Positions 38,414 through 49,023 of a stretch of DNA of 64,000 bases are shown here, piece by piece. The DNA is taken from positions 3,601 through 67,600 of the forward strand of contig JASJXX010000004.1 of NCBI GenBank assembly GCA_030123765.1, read 5' to 3'. The position numbers and the translations under genes were made by a program. The notes under the pieces are model-generated. The model saw nothing but the letters and a program-made list of their open reading frames with translations. It had not been told where the DNA came from and ran no database searches. Source of the stretch: Actinomycetota bacterium (GTDB taxonomy: Bacteria; Actinomycetota; Acidimicrobiia; Spongiisociales; UBA5794). How positions within the stretch are numbered: position 1 is the first letter of the stretch; each line of letters starts with the position of its first letter.

Positions 38414-38533
38414 CGAGACGCACGATCATTACGTCGATGTGGGCTGGCTCGCGGTCAGTCCCCCGGATGCCATCGGGAAGGCCCCTTACTCCGCCCGCTT
38501 CCTCTTTGGCGCCAGCGCTCCGGGGGGCTGACC

Positions 38534-39466
38534 ATGGATCAGCCCACATCACACGATCACGCATACCACGAACCGGTGATGGTCAGCGAGGTGCTGTCCT
38601 GGCTGGAGCCAGCCTCTCGCGGATGGATCATCGACGCCACGTTCGGTGGGGGAGGGCATAGCCGTGCGCTCCTTGAACGCTATCCAGAGGTTCGCATCCT
38701 CGGTATCGACCGTGATCCTGACGCTGTCAGGCGGGTTCCGGATGATCGACGACTCACCGTTGTTCAAGCGAACTACCGCGACCTCGCGGCGGTTCTCGAG
38801 CGGTCACAGACACCGGCACGCGTCGAAGGGATACTCCTGGATCTTGGTGTCTCGTCACATCAGCTCGATACGGGGGATCGAGGATTTTCGTACCGCCGCA
38901 GCGGCCCGCTCGACATGCGGATGGGTCCCGACGCTGACAGGAGTGCAGCTGACGTCGTCAACTCTTCAGCGGAAGCGTCTCTCGCTTCGATCTTCAGGCG
39001 GTACGGGGAGGAGCGTTACGCACGACGAATCGCCGAGGCCATCGTGGCAGAGCGGCCTTTCACCGACACCGTTGCACTCGCTCGCTGTATCGCTGCATCG
39101 GTCCCGGCCTACGTGAGACGCGCGGGCCACCCTGCACGAAAGGTGTTCCAGGCGTTACGGATCGAGGTCAATGATGAACTCGCAGGAGTTGCTGAATGCA
39201 TGGATGTGGTCTTCGACCGACTCGCGGTCGGTGGGCGAATCGTGGTAATGGCGTACCACTCCCTCGAGGACCGCGTCGTGAAACATGCCTTCCTCGCTCG
39301 CGCACGGAGCTGCATCTGCCCCCCGGATCTACCGGTGTGTGCCTGTGGCGTCGAACCCGACTTCTCGATACTCACACCGAGAGCGATCCGCCCGTCCGCG
39401 GACGAGATCGCACACAACCCACGATCGCGCAGCGCCGTGCTTCGCGTCGGAGAACGGATCTCATGA
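38534..39466 (+). CDS. rsmH: 16S rRNA (cytosine1402-N4)-methyltransferase.
   Basis: 310 aa. Motifs DATFGGGGHS and LGVSSHQLD. Confidence 0.92.
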   Translation: MDQPTSHDHAYHEPVMVSEVLSWLEPASRGWIIDATFGGGGHSRALLERYPEVRILGIDRDPDAVRRVPDDRRLTVVQANYRDLAAVLERSQTPARVEGILLDLGVSSHQLDTGDRGFSYRRSGPLDMRMGPDADRSAADVVNSSAEASLASIFRRYGEERYARRIAEAIVAERPFTDTVALARCIAASVPAYVRRAGHPARKVFQALRIEVNDELAGVAECMDVVFDRLAVGGRIVVMAYHSLEDRVVKHAFLARARSCICPPDLPVCACGVEPDFSILTPRAIRPSADEIAHNPRSRSAVLRVGERIS

Positions 39467-39864
39467 CTGCCCAGGCCCTGCCGTATGGCGACCACAGTGC
39501 CCCGCGCACATCCGACAGCACAGTGCTTGAAGCACGGCCCCGCGTCCTTCCGCTGCTTCTCTTCGTGACGCTTGCGGTTGCACTCTTCTTTGCGATGATC
39601 TACCTGCGAATCTCGCTGGACCAGAGCGCATTCGAGATCGACGGCCTGCAGCGCGAGATCGCGGTTGAGCAGTCGTTGCAGCTCGATCTCCGATACAAGG
39701 TTGCAGCACTTCAAGATCCTCTCAGAATCGCGACCGAGGCAGAGCGGATGGGCCTTGTGTACCCGGCTGAACGTGTCGCGGTCGTTGTCGAGCGTTTCGG
39801 GTCAGGTGCACAGGTGCTTGTGCAGGAGGTTCCGGTGCGGGCGCTGCCTGGTGACGGTCCATGA
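39463..39864 (+). CDS. ftsL: Cell division protein FtsL-like (septum formation initiator family).
   Basis: The start is set at ATG 39463, overlapping the rsmH stop (ATGA). The protein has a single TM segment (LPLLLFVTLAVALFFAMIYL) followed by a coiled coil. The track ORF starts at 39196 inside rsmH. Confidence 0.7.
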   Translation: MTAQALPYGDHSAPRTSDSTVLEARPRVLPLLLFVTLAVALFFAMIYLRISLDQSAFEIDGLQREIAVEQSLQLDLRYKVAALQDPLRIATEAERMGLVYPAERVAVVVERFGSGAQVLVQEVPVRALPGDGP

Positions 39865-39874
39865 CGGAACGAGT

Positions 39875-41617
39875 ATGAACGCCCACATCTGGAAGAGGGG
39901 CGATCTGAGGCTCCTCCTCGTCGGTCTCATCCTGGTACTTGCGTGGGGTGGCATCGGATACCGGCTCTTCGGTCTCCAGGGTGCCCAAGCTGTGACGTAC
40001 GCCGAGTATGGATTCGGCCAGCGGATCAAAGAGCGCAGTATCACCGCACTCCGCGGCACCATCTACGACAGGGACGGAGTCGAGCTCGCGATGACGATCA
40101 ACGGCTACAACGTGGTCGTCGATCCGATGCTGCTCGAAGATCCAGCGAGAGCAGCCCTGGTGCTTGCGCCCTTCTCGCCGAAATCGTACGAGGATCTCCT
40201 CACAGAGTTCGTTGAAGGCAGGGAGTCGGGTCGCAGATACGCTGAGGTCGCCATGCGAGTCGACGCCGGGGTGAGAGACGCGATCAAGGCAGCGCTCAAC
40301 GACGCAGGGGTAGTCGGTGTCTTCTATCAGGACCAGCCTCTACGGGTGTACCCGGCGGGATCCGTGGCTGCGCAGGTCATCGGACTCACGCGATTCGACG
40401 ACAACTCCGGGATCGAGGGTCTCGAGAGGACGTTCAATTCCGAGCTTGAAGGTCGGGCGGGGACGATTATCATGGAGGTGGATCCGACAGGACGAGCGAT
40501 TCCCCAGGGAGAGATCCGTATCGAGCCGGCGGTTGCCGGGGGCGACATCGTCACGACAATCGACAGGGAGATCCAGTTCGCTGCGGAGCAGGCGCTTCGC
40601 AGAGCCGTGCTGCTCACGAACGCGATCGGTGGCTCGATCGTGGTGCTCCTGGCTGACACCGGCGAGATCCTTGCGATGGCTAGCTGGCCGGGGCTCGACC
40701 TCAACAACCGGTCAGAGGTTGCTCCCGCGGTACTACGCAATCGCTCGGTGGCGGATGTCTATGAACCAGGTTCAACGCTCAAAGCCATCACGATCGCGGC
40801 TGCCATCGAGGAGGGGGTGGTCACTTCCAAGACTCTCATCGATACGCCGAGCGCCGTAACGGTCGGCGAATTCGAGTACGAGGACCATGGAAGTAACCCG
40901 GAGCAGATGACGGTGGAGGACATTCTCTTACGGTCATCGAACGTCGGTACGATTGAGATCCAGAAGCGTCTCGGGAACGAGCTGCACTACAAGTACCTCA
41001 CGGCGTTCGGTCTGGGCCAGCCTTCCGGGATCGATGTAGCCAGTGAACAGCACGGGACGCTCGACCCGACAGCGATCTGGACTCAGACGAGCGGTTCGTC
41101 GATCGCGATCGGTTACGCGGTGGGAGCAACATCTCTCCAGATGGCCGCTGTGTACGCAACGATCGCCAACGACGGTATCTGGACGGAGCCCTACCTCGTA
41201 AGAAGGATCATCCGACCGGATGGCAGGACGATCGAGACATATCCAAGGTCGCGGCGCGTCATCTCCTCTGCAACGGCTTCCGAGATGCGGAGGCTTCTCG
41301 GACGGGTCGTTGAGAGTGACGGAGGTACCGGAAGGCGGGCACGAATGTCGGATTACACCTCGGGGGGGAAGACCGGCACGACCCAGAAGTTCGATGTCGA
41401 GGCCGGCGCGTACTCGGATGACACGATCGCTTCATTCATAGGTATCGCTCCACTCGATGACCCGAGAATTGTCGTTATCGTTGTTCTCGACTCACCCACG
41501 GGCTTCCATCCGGACGGTGCGGATCTCTCCCTCGGAGGTGCTTCCGCTGCACCCGTGTTTGCCGAGGTCGCGCAGAACGCGCTCCATCAGCTTGGCGTAG
41601 CTCCAGATCGCGACTGA
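39875..41617 (+). CDS. ftsI: Penicillin-binding protein (class B, FtsI-like peptidoglycan D,D-transpeptidase).
   Basis: The start is set at ATG 39875 (MNAHIWKRGDLRLLLVGLILVL). The motifs STLK, SSN and KTGT are present. The track ORF starts at 39665 inside ftsL. Confidence 0.88.
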   Translation: MNAHIWKRGDLRLLLVGLILVLAWGGIGYRLFGLQGAQAVTYAEYGFGQRIKERSITALRGTIYDRDGVELAMTINGYNVVVDPMLLEDPARAALVLAPFSPKSYEDLLTEFVEGRESGRRYAEVAMRVDAGVRDAIKAALNDAGVVGVFYQDQPLRVYPAGSVAAQVIGLTRFDDNSGIEGLERTFNSELEGRAGTIIMEVDPTGRAIPQGEIRIEPAVAGGDIVTTIDREIQFAAEQALRRAVLLTNAIGGSIVVLLADTGEILAMASWPGLDLNNRSEVAPAVLRNRSVADVYEPGSTLKAITIAAAIEEGVVTSKTLIDTPSAVTVGEFEYEDHGSNPEQMTVEDILLRSSNVGTIEIQKRLGNELHYKYLTAFGLGQPSGIDVASEQHGTLDPTAIWTQTSGSSIAIGYAVGATSLQMAAVYATIANDGIWTEPYLVRRIIRPDGRTIETYPRSRRVISSATASEMRRLLGRVVESDGGTGRRARMSDYTSGGKTGTTQKFDVEAGAYSDDTIASFIGIAPLDDPRIVVIVVLDSPTGFHPDGADLSLGGASAAPVFAEVAQNALHQLGVAPDRD

Positions 41618-41627
41618 AATATCCACC

Positions 41628-43097
41628 ATGGACGTCTCACTCCGCCGGGTCGCTGAGCACCTCCCCGGTCTGATCTCCGTCACCGGGGGCGAGGCCGTCG
41701 TCTCGGAGATAACCCATGACTCGCGCCAGGTGCAGGGAGGGACGCTCTTCGTCGCGATCACAGGCGAGCAGATCGACGGGCATGACTTCATCGATCTGGC
41801 GCTGCGCAGGGGAGCATCCGCTCTTCTCGTTGAACGGGAGGGCGCCGGGACAACCCCCCAGATCGTCGTGAGGGACTCGCGCATCGCTATGGCGTGGGCC
41901 GCCCGGGCGGTGTTTCGTGCTCCGGACACGTCGATGCGCATCGCCGGGGTAACCGGGACGAACGGTAAGACGACAGTCGTACACATGCTTGAATCGATCC
42001 TGCAGGCTGCATCCATTCCCTCGGGGATCATCGGAACTCTCGGTGCCCGCATCGATGGCAGGGCGTTGCCTTCGGAGCGCACAACGCCTGAAGCTACCGA
42101 TCTCCAGCGCGTGCTCGGCACGATGCGAGATCGCGGTGTGGAGATAGTGGTCATGGAGGTCTCCTCTCACGCCCTCGTGCTGCACCGATCTGACGCCATC
42201 CATTTCACTGTCGTCGGATTCACGAATCTGAGTCAGGACCACCTGGACTTCCACGGCGACATGGAGAGCTATTTCGAGGCGAAGAAGCGACTCTTCCGGC
42301 CTGAGATCGCAGATCGGGCAGTTCTCAACGTCGGTGACCCTTGGGGCTCGCGGCTCGAAGAAGAGGTAGAGATGCCACACACGAACGTGTCGATCGGTGG
42401 CGGGACCGCGATCACCGCATCTGAGGCGGTTGTCAGACGGTACGGAACTTCGTTCACGCTCTCCACCCCTTCGGGGGAGGCGGACGTGACTCTGCCGCTG
42501 ATGGGTGAATTCAACGTTGTCAACGCACTCGTCGCGACCGGGATGGCACTCGATCTCGGCACACGTATCGAGTTCATCGCCGAAGGTCTCTCTCAGGTTC
42601 CACCGATCCCGGGACGGATGGAGGTGATACGGCATGGAGGGCCCTTCACCGTGATCGTTGACTACGCGCACACACCGGATGCAATCGGTGTCGTACTCCG
42701 GTCGGTGCGGCCTGTGGTGTCGGGGAGGTTGATCACCGTTGTGGGCGCGGGCGGTGACAGGGACAGTGAGAAGCGACCGCTCATGGGTCGAGCTGTAGCA
42801 ACGTGGTCTGATCTCACTATCATCACGACCGACAATCCTCGTACTGAGAATCCGGCGTCAATCGCCGCAGAGGTACACAGCGGTGCTGACATTCAGACGG
42901 CTGGGGAAGTCGTGACTCTGCTCGATAGACGGGACGCGATTGCGCGTGCGGTCAGCTGTGCCACCGATGGAGACGTGGTGCTTATCCTTGGCAAGGGACA
43001 TGAGCAGGGTCAGGATGTCGGCGGAGAGGTGCTTCCTTTTGACGACAGAGACCAGGCCAGGGAAGCACTCGTCGCGGAAGGATGGGAGCTGACATGA
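41628..43097 (+). CDS. murE: UDP-N-acetylmuramoyl-L-alanyl-D-glutamate--2,6-diaminopimelate ligase.
   Basis: 489 aa. GVTGTNGKTT P-loop and a Mur ligase C-terminus. Confidence 0.9.
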   Translation: MDVSLRRVAEHLPGLISVTGGEAVVSEITHDSRQVQGGTLFVAITGEQIDGHDFIDLALRRGASALLVEREGAGTTPQIVVRDSRIAMAWAARAVFRAPDTSMRIAGVTGTNGKTTVVHMLESILQAASIPSGIIGTLGARIDGRALPSERTTPEATDLQRVLGTMRDRGVEIVVMEVSSHALVLHRSDAIHFTVVGFTNLSQDHLDFHGDMESYFEAKKRLFRPEIADRAVLNVGDPWGSRLEEEVEMPHTNVSIGGGTAITASEAVVRRYGTSFTLSTPSGEADVTLPLMGEFNVVNALVATGMALDLGTRIEFIAEGLSQVPPIPGRMEVIRHGGPFTVIVDYAHTPDAIGVVLRSVRPVVSGRLITVVGAGGDRDSEKRPLMGRAVATWSDLTIITTDNPRTENPASIAAEVHSGADIQTAGEVVTLLDRRDAIARAVSCATDGDVVLILGKGHEQGQDVGGEVLPFDDRDQAREALVAEGWELT

Positions 43098-44434
43098 AGA
43101 CGGTCTCCCTTGGATGGACGCTTGAAGCGGCCGCTCGAGCCGTGGACGGCACCCTCGTGGGAGGTGGAGACGCGTGTTTCTCACACGTCACCACCGATAG
43201 CAGACACGACGTGGCCGGGAGTCTCTTCGTCGCTCTGGGAGGCGAGCACTTTGATGGGCACCGGTTCGTCACGCAAGCCATAGAGGGGGACGCGGTCGGA
43301 GTACTCGTGGAACGAGGCTCAGGCGTTGATGTTGAGCCACGCATCGAGGTCGCCTCGACCGGCGACGCTCTCGCCGCTCTCGGCGTCAAGCGCCGTGACG
43401 AGATCGAAGTCCCTGTCATCGCCGTCACTGGATCGAACGGCAAGACCTCGACGAAGGACCTTCTCTCGGCCGGCCTCGATGGGTCCTGGGCGTCACCTCG
43501 TTCGTTCAACAATGAGGTAGGCGTCCCGCTGACGGTGCTCGCGACACCTCCGGATGCGACAGCGCTGATTCTTGAGGTCGGAACACGGGCGAGGGGCGAC
43601 ATCGAGTGGCTCAGCCCCATCGTTCGACCTGTTGTGTCGGTGGTCACGAATCTTGGAGTGGTCCATATGGAGACGTTTGGCTCAAGGGAGGGGCTTGAAG
43701 ACGCGAAGTACGAGCTGGTAGATGCTTTGGAGGCCGGAGGCACGGCGGTACTTCCTCTGGATGAACCGGGATTACAGCGCGGTGGTGAGCCGGCAGTAAT
43801 CACCTTCGGCGGCGCAGGCGCAGACGTCGAAGTCGCCGATCTCACGACCGATGATGAGGGTAGGCCGAGCTTCACGCTGCGTACATCGCAGGGGCCTCTG
43901 AACGTGACGTTGCCCCTGTCAGGCAAGTATCAGGCATTGAACGCTGCTGCCGCGGTCGGTGTCGCGATTGCCCTAGGACTCGACCTGGAGGCGTTCGTTC
44001 GAAGACTCGCGTCTGCAACGGGCTCCGCATGGCGCATGGATGTGCATGTAGGCAGGTTCACTGTTGTGAACGATGCGTACAACGCCAGTCCGCCATCCGT
44101 CTCCGGCGCGCTCGAGACGGTCGCAGCAATGGGGAGAAGACCGATCGCCGTTCTCGGCGTCATGGCAGAATTGGGATCTGTGTGCGAAGAGGAGCACGAA
44201 CGGATGGGGAGGCTTGTCGGGAAGTTTGGATTCAGTGAGCTCGTAGTCGTCGGTCCGGACCATGGATACGCCTTGGGCTTCCCTCGCGAGGTCCACAGAG
44301 CCGCAAACATCGGGGATGCAGTGGACGTGCTCGCTGAGATCGTCGAACCGGGAGACGTCGTCCTGGTGAAGGCGTCGCGTTCCGTCGGCCTTGAGCGTCT
44401 GGCGCTTCGACTGAGAGAGGTTGCTTCGTCGTGA
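43094..44434 (+). CDS. murF: UDP-N-acetylmuramoyl-tripeptide--D-alanyl-D-alanine ligase.
   Basis: The start is set at ATG 43094 (MKTVSLGWTLEAAARAV), overlapping the murE stop. The P-loop reads AVTGSNGKTSTKD. Confidence 0.9.
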   Translation: MKTVSLGWTLEAAARAVDGTLVGGGDACFSHVTTDSRHDVAGSLFVALGGEHFDGHRFVTQAIEGDAVGVLVERGSGVDVEPRIEVASTGDALAALGVKRRDEIEVPVIAVTGSNGKTSTKDLLSAGLDGSWASPRSFNNEVGVPLTVLATPPDATALILEVGTRARGDIEWLSPIVRPVVSVVTNLGVVHMETFGSREGLEDAKYELVDALEAGGTAVLPLDEPGLQRGGEPAVITFGGAGADVEVADLTTDDEGRPSFTLRTSQGPLNVTLPLSGKYQALNAAAAVGVAIALGLDLEAFVRRLASATGSAWRMDVHVGRFTVVNDAYNASPPSVSGALETVAAMGRRPIAVLGVMAELGSVCEEEHERMGRLVGKFGFSELVVVGPDHGYALGFPREVHRAANIGDAVDVLAEIVEPGDVVLVKASRSVGLERLALRLREVASS

Positions 44435-45489
44435 TCTCCCTGCTCTTCTCCTCCGCTGTCGCCTTCGTGCTGGTGATCTTCCTGACACCGGTGGCGATCA
44501 GGTACCTGCGACGTCGCGACATCGGACAGTTCATCCAGGCCGAGGTCGAAGGGCACCTGCATAAGCAGGGTGTCCCCACGATGGGGGGCGTTGTCATCGT
44601 GGGTGGTGCGAGCGCCGCATACTTCCTCGCCCACTTCAAGTTTTTCACGGTCGGAGAGGGTTTCGGGCTTTTCCTACATCCGGTGCACGAAAAGGCGCTG
44701 CTCGCCCTCTTTGCTTTTGTGGGAATGGCCGCTATCGGACTCGCGGATGACTACACGAAGTACGCCCGAAAACGGAACGAGGGACTCTCAAAGCGGTGGA
44801 AGTTTCTCGGTCAGCTCACGGTTTCGGCGATTTTCGCGTGGGGCGCGACCGCTGCGGGGGTGAGCACACAACTGTCGTTTGCGCGACCGCTCGGCATCGA
44901 CCTTGGACCGATCTTATTCTTTGTGCTCGTGTTGTTCATGCTCACCGCGACCACCAATGGAGTGAACTTCACGGACGGCCTCGACGGACTCGTTGCAGGA
45001 TCGAGCGCTCTCGTCATGGGCGCGTATGTGCTGATCGCTTTCTGGCAGTCCCGTTACCCGGCCTTCTACCAGGTCGATGGTGCGCTCGACATAGCGGTGT
45101 TCGCGGCGGCGGTGCTCGGTGCCGCACTCGCCTTTCTCTGGTGGAACGCGGCACCTGCCAAGATCATCATGGGTGATACGGGGAGCCACGCGATCGGGGG
45201 GGCGATGGCAGCCGTCGCGCTCCTGACGAACACTCAGCTCCTCTTCGTGATCATTGGAGGCCTCTACGTGATGGAGACCGTCTCGGTGATCATGCAGGTC
45301 GTCTCCTTCCGAGGGTTCGGGAGACGTGTATTCCTCATGGCTCCGATCCATCACCACTTCGAGCTGAAGGGTTGGCCGGAGACCACCGTGATCATCCGAT
45401 TCTGGATCCTCTCGGGGATCATGGTTGCGATGGGCGTCGGTCTCTTCTATGCCGACTGGGTCGCAGGCCCGGGGTCAACGCTTCCATGA
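44431..45489 (+). CDS. mraY: Phospho-N-acetylmuramoyl-pentapeptide transferase.
   Basis: 352 aa. A polytopic membrane protein with motifs NGVNFTDGLDGL and DTGS. Confidence 0.92.
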   Translation: MISLLFSSAVAFVLVIFLTPVAIRYLRRRDIGQFIQAEVEGHLHKQGVPTMGGVVIVGGASAAYFLAHFKFFTVGEGFGLFLHPVHEKALLALFAFVGMAAIGLADDYTKYARKRNEGLSKRWKFLGQLTVSAIFAWGATAAGVSTQLSFARPLGIDLGPILFFVLVLFMLTATTNGVNFTDGLDGLVAGSSALVMGAYVLIAFWQSRYPAFYQVDGALDIAVFAAAVLGAALAFLWWNAAPAKIIMGDTGSHAIGGAMAAVALLTNTQLLFVIIGGLYVMETVSVIMQVVSFRGFGRRVFLMAPIHHHFELKGWPETTVIIRFWILSGIMVAMGVGLFYADWVAGPGSTLP

Positions 45490-46775
45490 GGTATCTCATT
45501 CTTGGCGCGAGTCTTTCGGGCCTTGAGGATGTAGCGAGGATCCTGCTCGACGACGGGTCCGACGTTGTCATGTACGACATGGAGTCTGTGACTCTCCCTG
45601 AGGACTTCGTGGGTGCAGTGACGCTGCACCAGGGGGAGTGGTTGGTCGAGTACCTCGAAGATGTTGATCGGATCGTGATGTCACCGTGGTTCGCCGAGGT
45701 CAGACCTCCGGTGAGCGACGCGCTCAAGGCGGGTGTCGACCTCATCACGGAAGCAGGGTTCGGACTCGAGCGGCTGACGACCCCGTTCGTTGCCGTGACC
45801 GGCACGAACGGAAAGACGACGGTGACTGAGCTCGCGACCGAGATGCTCGCGGGTTCCGGTATTCGAACTCTCGCGGCAGGCAACGTGGGGACGCCGGTTA
45901 CCAGCCTGAGGGATACGGATTCGGACATCCTCGTCGTTGAGCTCTCTTCCGCTCAGCTCCGATTTCTCGGAGATGCTGCGCCACGCGCCGCGGCGCTCTT
46001 GAACATCGCCCCCGACCACATCGACTGGCACGGAAGCTTCGACGCGTACGTATCTGCCGAAGCGCGTATATTCGCCCGTATGGCACCCGACGCCCTCCTC
46101 GCGTATAACGCAGATGACCCGATTGTCGTCTCCCTCGCCGAGGGGGCTCGCTGCCGCCTCGTACCCTGTTCAGGCAGCAGGATTCCTGAGAACGGGAATG
46201 GCGTCGATGCGGGTCGCGTCGTGATCAACGGAGACGCGTTCCGTGCGCCGTTCAGCGATCCGTCATACCTGTTCAACCTCGTTGCAGCGGGGACGCTTGC
46301 ACTGAGTGCAGGAGCGACTGTGGACGCCGTTGCGTCGTCGATCGAAGACTTCGCTCCCGGTGCGCACCGAAGACAGGTCCTTGACACCAGCGACGGGATC
46401 GTCTGGATAGATGACTCGAAGGCGACGAACCCGCACGCGGTGGCTGGCGCTGTGGTGGCCTATGCGCCCGTGATACTGCTCGCCGGCGGTCAGAACAAGG
46501 GTCTCGATCTCGCCCCGATTGGAGAGCTCGAAGGGGTCACCGCGCTGATCGCATTCGGTGACGCGGGCACCGAGATCGCGAATGTGTGCACCTCCCCTGT
46601 GACCGTGGTGGAGTCTCTCGAGGGTGCTGTTGCCGCAGCTCGGCTGCTTGCAGCGCCCGGAGACACGGTCTTGCTCGCGCCTGGGTGTGCCAGTTTTGAC
46701 GAGTTCGCGTCCTACGCTGAACGCGGTGATGTTTTCCAGCGTCTCGTGAAGGGAACCGAGGGGACGTACGTGTGA
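45486..46775 (+). CDS. murD: UDP-N-acetylmuramoylalanine--D-glutamate ligase.
   Basis: The start is set at ATG 45486 (MRYLILGASLSG), overlapping the mraY stop (ATGA). The P-loop reads VAVTGTNGKTTVTE. Confidence 0.9.
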   Translation: MRYLILGASLSGLEDVARILLDDGSDVVMYDMESVTLPEDFVGAVTLHQGEWLVEYLEDVDRIVMSPWFAEVRPPVSDALKAGVDLITEAGFGLERLTTPFVAVTGTNGKTTVTELATEMLAGSGIRTLAAGNVGTPVTSLRDTDSDILVVELSSAQLRFLGDAAPRAAALLNIAPDHIDWHGSFDAYVSAEARIFARMAPDALLAYNADDPIVVSLAEGARCRLVPCSGSRIPENGNGVDAGRVVINGDAFRAPFSDPSYLFNLVAAGTLALSAGATVDAVASSIEDFAPGAHRRQVLDTSDGIVWIDDSKATNPHAVAGAVVAYAPVILLAGGQNKGLDLAPIGELEGVTALIAFGDAGTEIANVCTSPVTVVESLEGAVAAARLLAAPGDTVLLAPGCASFDEFASYAERGDVFQRLVKGTEGTYV

Positions 46776-47947
46776 CCCAGACAGCTGATCGGAAGAAGGC
46801 GACACGCCACCCGCGCACGAGTGAGAGGATCCGCTCCGCGGGCTCAAGGCGCTCGGTGTTCTTGCTGGTGATCGTTGCCATGCTGCTCACCATCGGGCTC
46901 GGCGCCATGTTGAGCGCATCATCTGTCGTGTCGATCAAGGCGAACGCCGACCAGTTCGAACTCTTCACGAAACAGGTGATCTGGGTCGCGCTCGGACTCG
47001 CGGTCCTTGTTGTCGCCTCCTTCCTCCCGTATCACCTGTGGCAGCGGTTCGCCCTCGCGATCTATGGCGCAACCGTCATTGGACTCATCGTCACTCTCGT
47101 CATCGGAGACACGCGTGGCGGCGCAACTCGCTGGATCGAGATTGGCCCCATCACCCTTCAGATCGCTGAATTCGCAAAGTTCGCCTCGATCTCTCTGCTC
47201 GCAGCCGTCCTGGCAAAGAAGGATGCGCTGCTCACCGACCTCAGACACGTTCTGTTCCCCGTGGGAGCGATTCTGGGAATCGTCACCCTGCTCCTGCTCG
47301 CACAACCAGACTTCGGGACCATTCTACTCATCGTGATCCCCGCGTTCGTGATGCTTGCCGGCTCCCAGGTTCCGCTCCGGTTCGTACTCTCGATGGCCGC
47401 CATCGGTGCGATGAGCATGACCGGCCTCGCCATGTCCGCCGAGTATCGCAGACAGAGATTCGACGGCTTTCTCGATCCCTTCTCAGATGCGCTCGGTTCG
47501 GGCCTTCAGGCGGTGCAGAGCATGGTTGCGCTTGGAACGGGCGGCATGTTCGGCGTCGGTCTCGGTCAGAGCCGTGCACGATGGTCCTGGCTCCCCAACG
47601 CGCACACGGACTTCATCTTCGCCATCATCGGGGAGGAGACCGGATTCGCCGGCGCGATCATCGTTATCACGCTCTTCGCGTTGATCGCGGTTGTCGGTGT
47701 GTCGATCGCATATCGTGCACCGGACATGTATGGACGGCTTCTCGCCGTCGGCATCGTCGCGTGGCTCTCGATACAGGCGCTCATCAACATCGGTGGCGTG
47801 GTCGCCGTGTTGCCCATCACGGGAGTCCCGCTGCCGTTCATCTCTTCGGGCGGCAATGCCATGCTTGTCAACCTCGCCGGGATCGGCGTTCTCTTGAACA
47901 TTGCAAGGTCGCCGGACGCGTCGGGCCTGCGCGAGGAGAAGGCGTGA
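46772..47947 (+). CDS. ftsW: SEDS-family peptidoglycan glycosyltransferase FtsW.
   Basis: 391 aa. A polytopic membrane protein with a SEDS signature (PDFGT, GIPLPFISSGG-like VPLPFISSGGNAM). Confidence 0.9.
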   Translation: MTQTADRKKATRHPRTSERIRSAGSRRSVFLLVIVAMLLTIGLGAMLSASSVVSIKANADQFELFTKQVIWVALGLAVLVVASFLPYHLWQRFALAIYGATVIGLIVTLVIGDTRGGATRWIEIGPITLQIAEFAKFASISLLAAVLAKKDALLTDLRHVLFPVGAILGIVTLLLLAQPDFGTILLIVIPAFVMLAGSQVPLRFVLSMAAIGAMSMTGLAMSAEYRRQRFDGFLDPFSDALGSGLQAVQSMVALGTGGMFGVGLGQSRARWSWLPNAHTDFIFAIIGEETGFAGAIIVITLFALIAVVGVSIAYRAPDMYGRLLAVGIVAWLSIQALINIGGVVAVLPITGVPLPFISSGGNAMLVNLAGIGVLLNIARSPDASGLREEKA

Positions 47948-49023
47948 AGATCGGATTAGCCGCAGCGGGGTCCGGCGGCCACGTCTATCCCGCCCTCGCG
48001 GTCGCGGAGGCGCTTGAGGATCTCGGCCTGGCAAGATCCGACATCGTATTCTTCGGCGGCGACCGAATGGAAGCCGACACCGTGCCTGCCGCGGGATATC
48101 CATTCGTCCAGGTCGACGTGCACGGCATCAGGCGTTCACTCTCTCTCGAGAATCTGACGCTGCCGGTGAAGATCTGGAAGGCGACCAGAGTGATCGCTGA
48201 CACCGTGACAGCCGAGGACATCAGAGCGATGGTCGTATTCGGTGGATACGTCTCTGGACCGGCGGGACTCGCCGCAAGAAGGAGGAGGATCCCCCTCATC
48301 GTGCACGAAGCGAACGCTGTGCCAGGGATAGCCAACAGAATGGTTGCGCCGTTCGCAGAGAGCGTATACGTCGCGTTCGAGCGGGCTATCACGAAACTGA
48401 GAAGCGCGATCGTCGTCGGAAGCCCACTGCGTTCAACGATCGAGAACTTCGACAGGGACGAGCTCGCGCCGAGAGCGCGAGAGCGGTACGGCATCCACAG
48501 CGGCGCAACGGTGCTGGGTGTGATCGGAGGTAGCCTCGGAGCGGCTGTGCTGAATGAGCTTGCCACGGAGATCGCGAGCGACGTGCGACGTGCTTTCCAC
48601 ATACTCCACCTGACAGGTGCCGCTCATCACGACGCTATGGCGGAGCGAGCAGCGTCAGACCCGCTCTGGACCGTGGTGCCGTTCGAGGACGAGATGGAGT
48701 ACTTCTACGCGGCGAGCGATGTCGTGATCTCACGGGGAGGGGCAATCACGATCTCCGAACTCCACGCGACTGCCACACCTGCGGTTGTCGTGCCACTCTC
48801 TGCCGGCAAGGCGTACCAGGCGTTGAACGCGTGTGACCTTGTGGAAGCAGGGGGAGTCGTCGTCATCAGCGAGGAGGATCGTGGCGAGATTCGTGACGCG
48901 GCGGTGGAGCTGCTCGCCAACGAGGCACGGCGCCGAGAGATGTCTGATGCCGTGCGAGCGACTCGCCGGACTGGCGTTGCCCGCATGATTGGAGAGCACG
49001 TGATGGAGGTCGCCCGTGACTGA
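47944..49023 (+). CDS. murG: Undecaprenyldiphospho-muramoylpentapeptide beta-N-acetylglucosaminyltransferase.
   Basis: GTG start at 47944 overlapping the ftsW stop (GTGA). The N-terminus reads VKIGLAAAGSGGHVYPALAVAEAL. The track ORF starts at 47581 inside ftsW. Confidence 0.9.
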   Translation: MKIGLAAAGSGGHVYPALAVAEALEDLGLARSDIVFFGGDRMEADTVPAAGYPFVQVDVHGIRRSLSLENLTLPVKIWKATRVIADTVTAEDIRAMVVFGGYVSGPAGLAARRRRIPLIVHEANAVPGIANRMVAPFAESVYVAFERAITKLRSAIVVGSPLRSTIENFDRDELAPRARERYGIHSGATVLGVIGGSLGAAVLNELATEIASDVRRAFHILHLTGAAHHDAMAERAASDPLWTVVPFEDEMEYFYAASDVVISRGGAITISELHATATPAVVVPLSAGKAYQALNACDLVEAGGVVVISEEDRGEIRDAAVELLANEARRREMSDAVRATRRTGVARMIGEHVMEVARD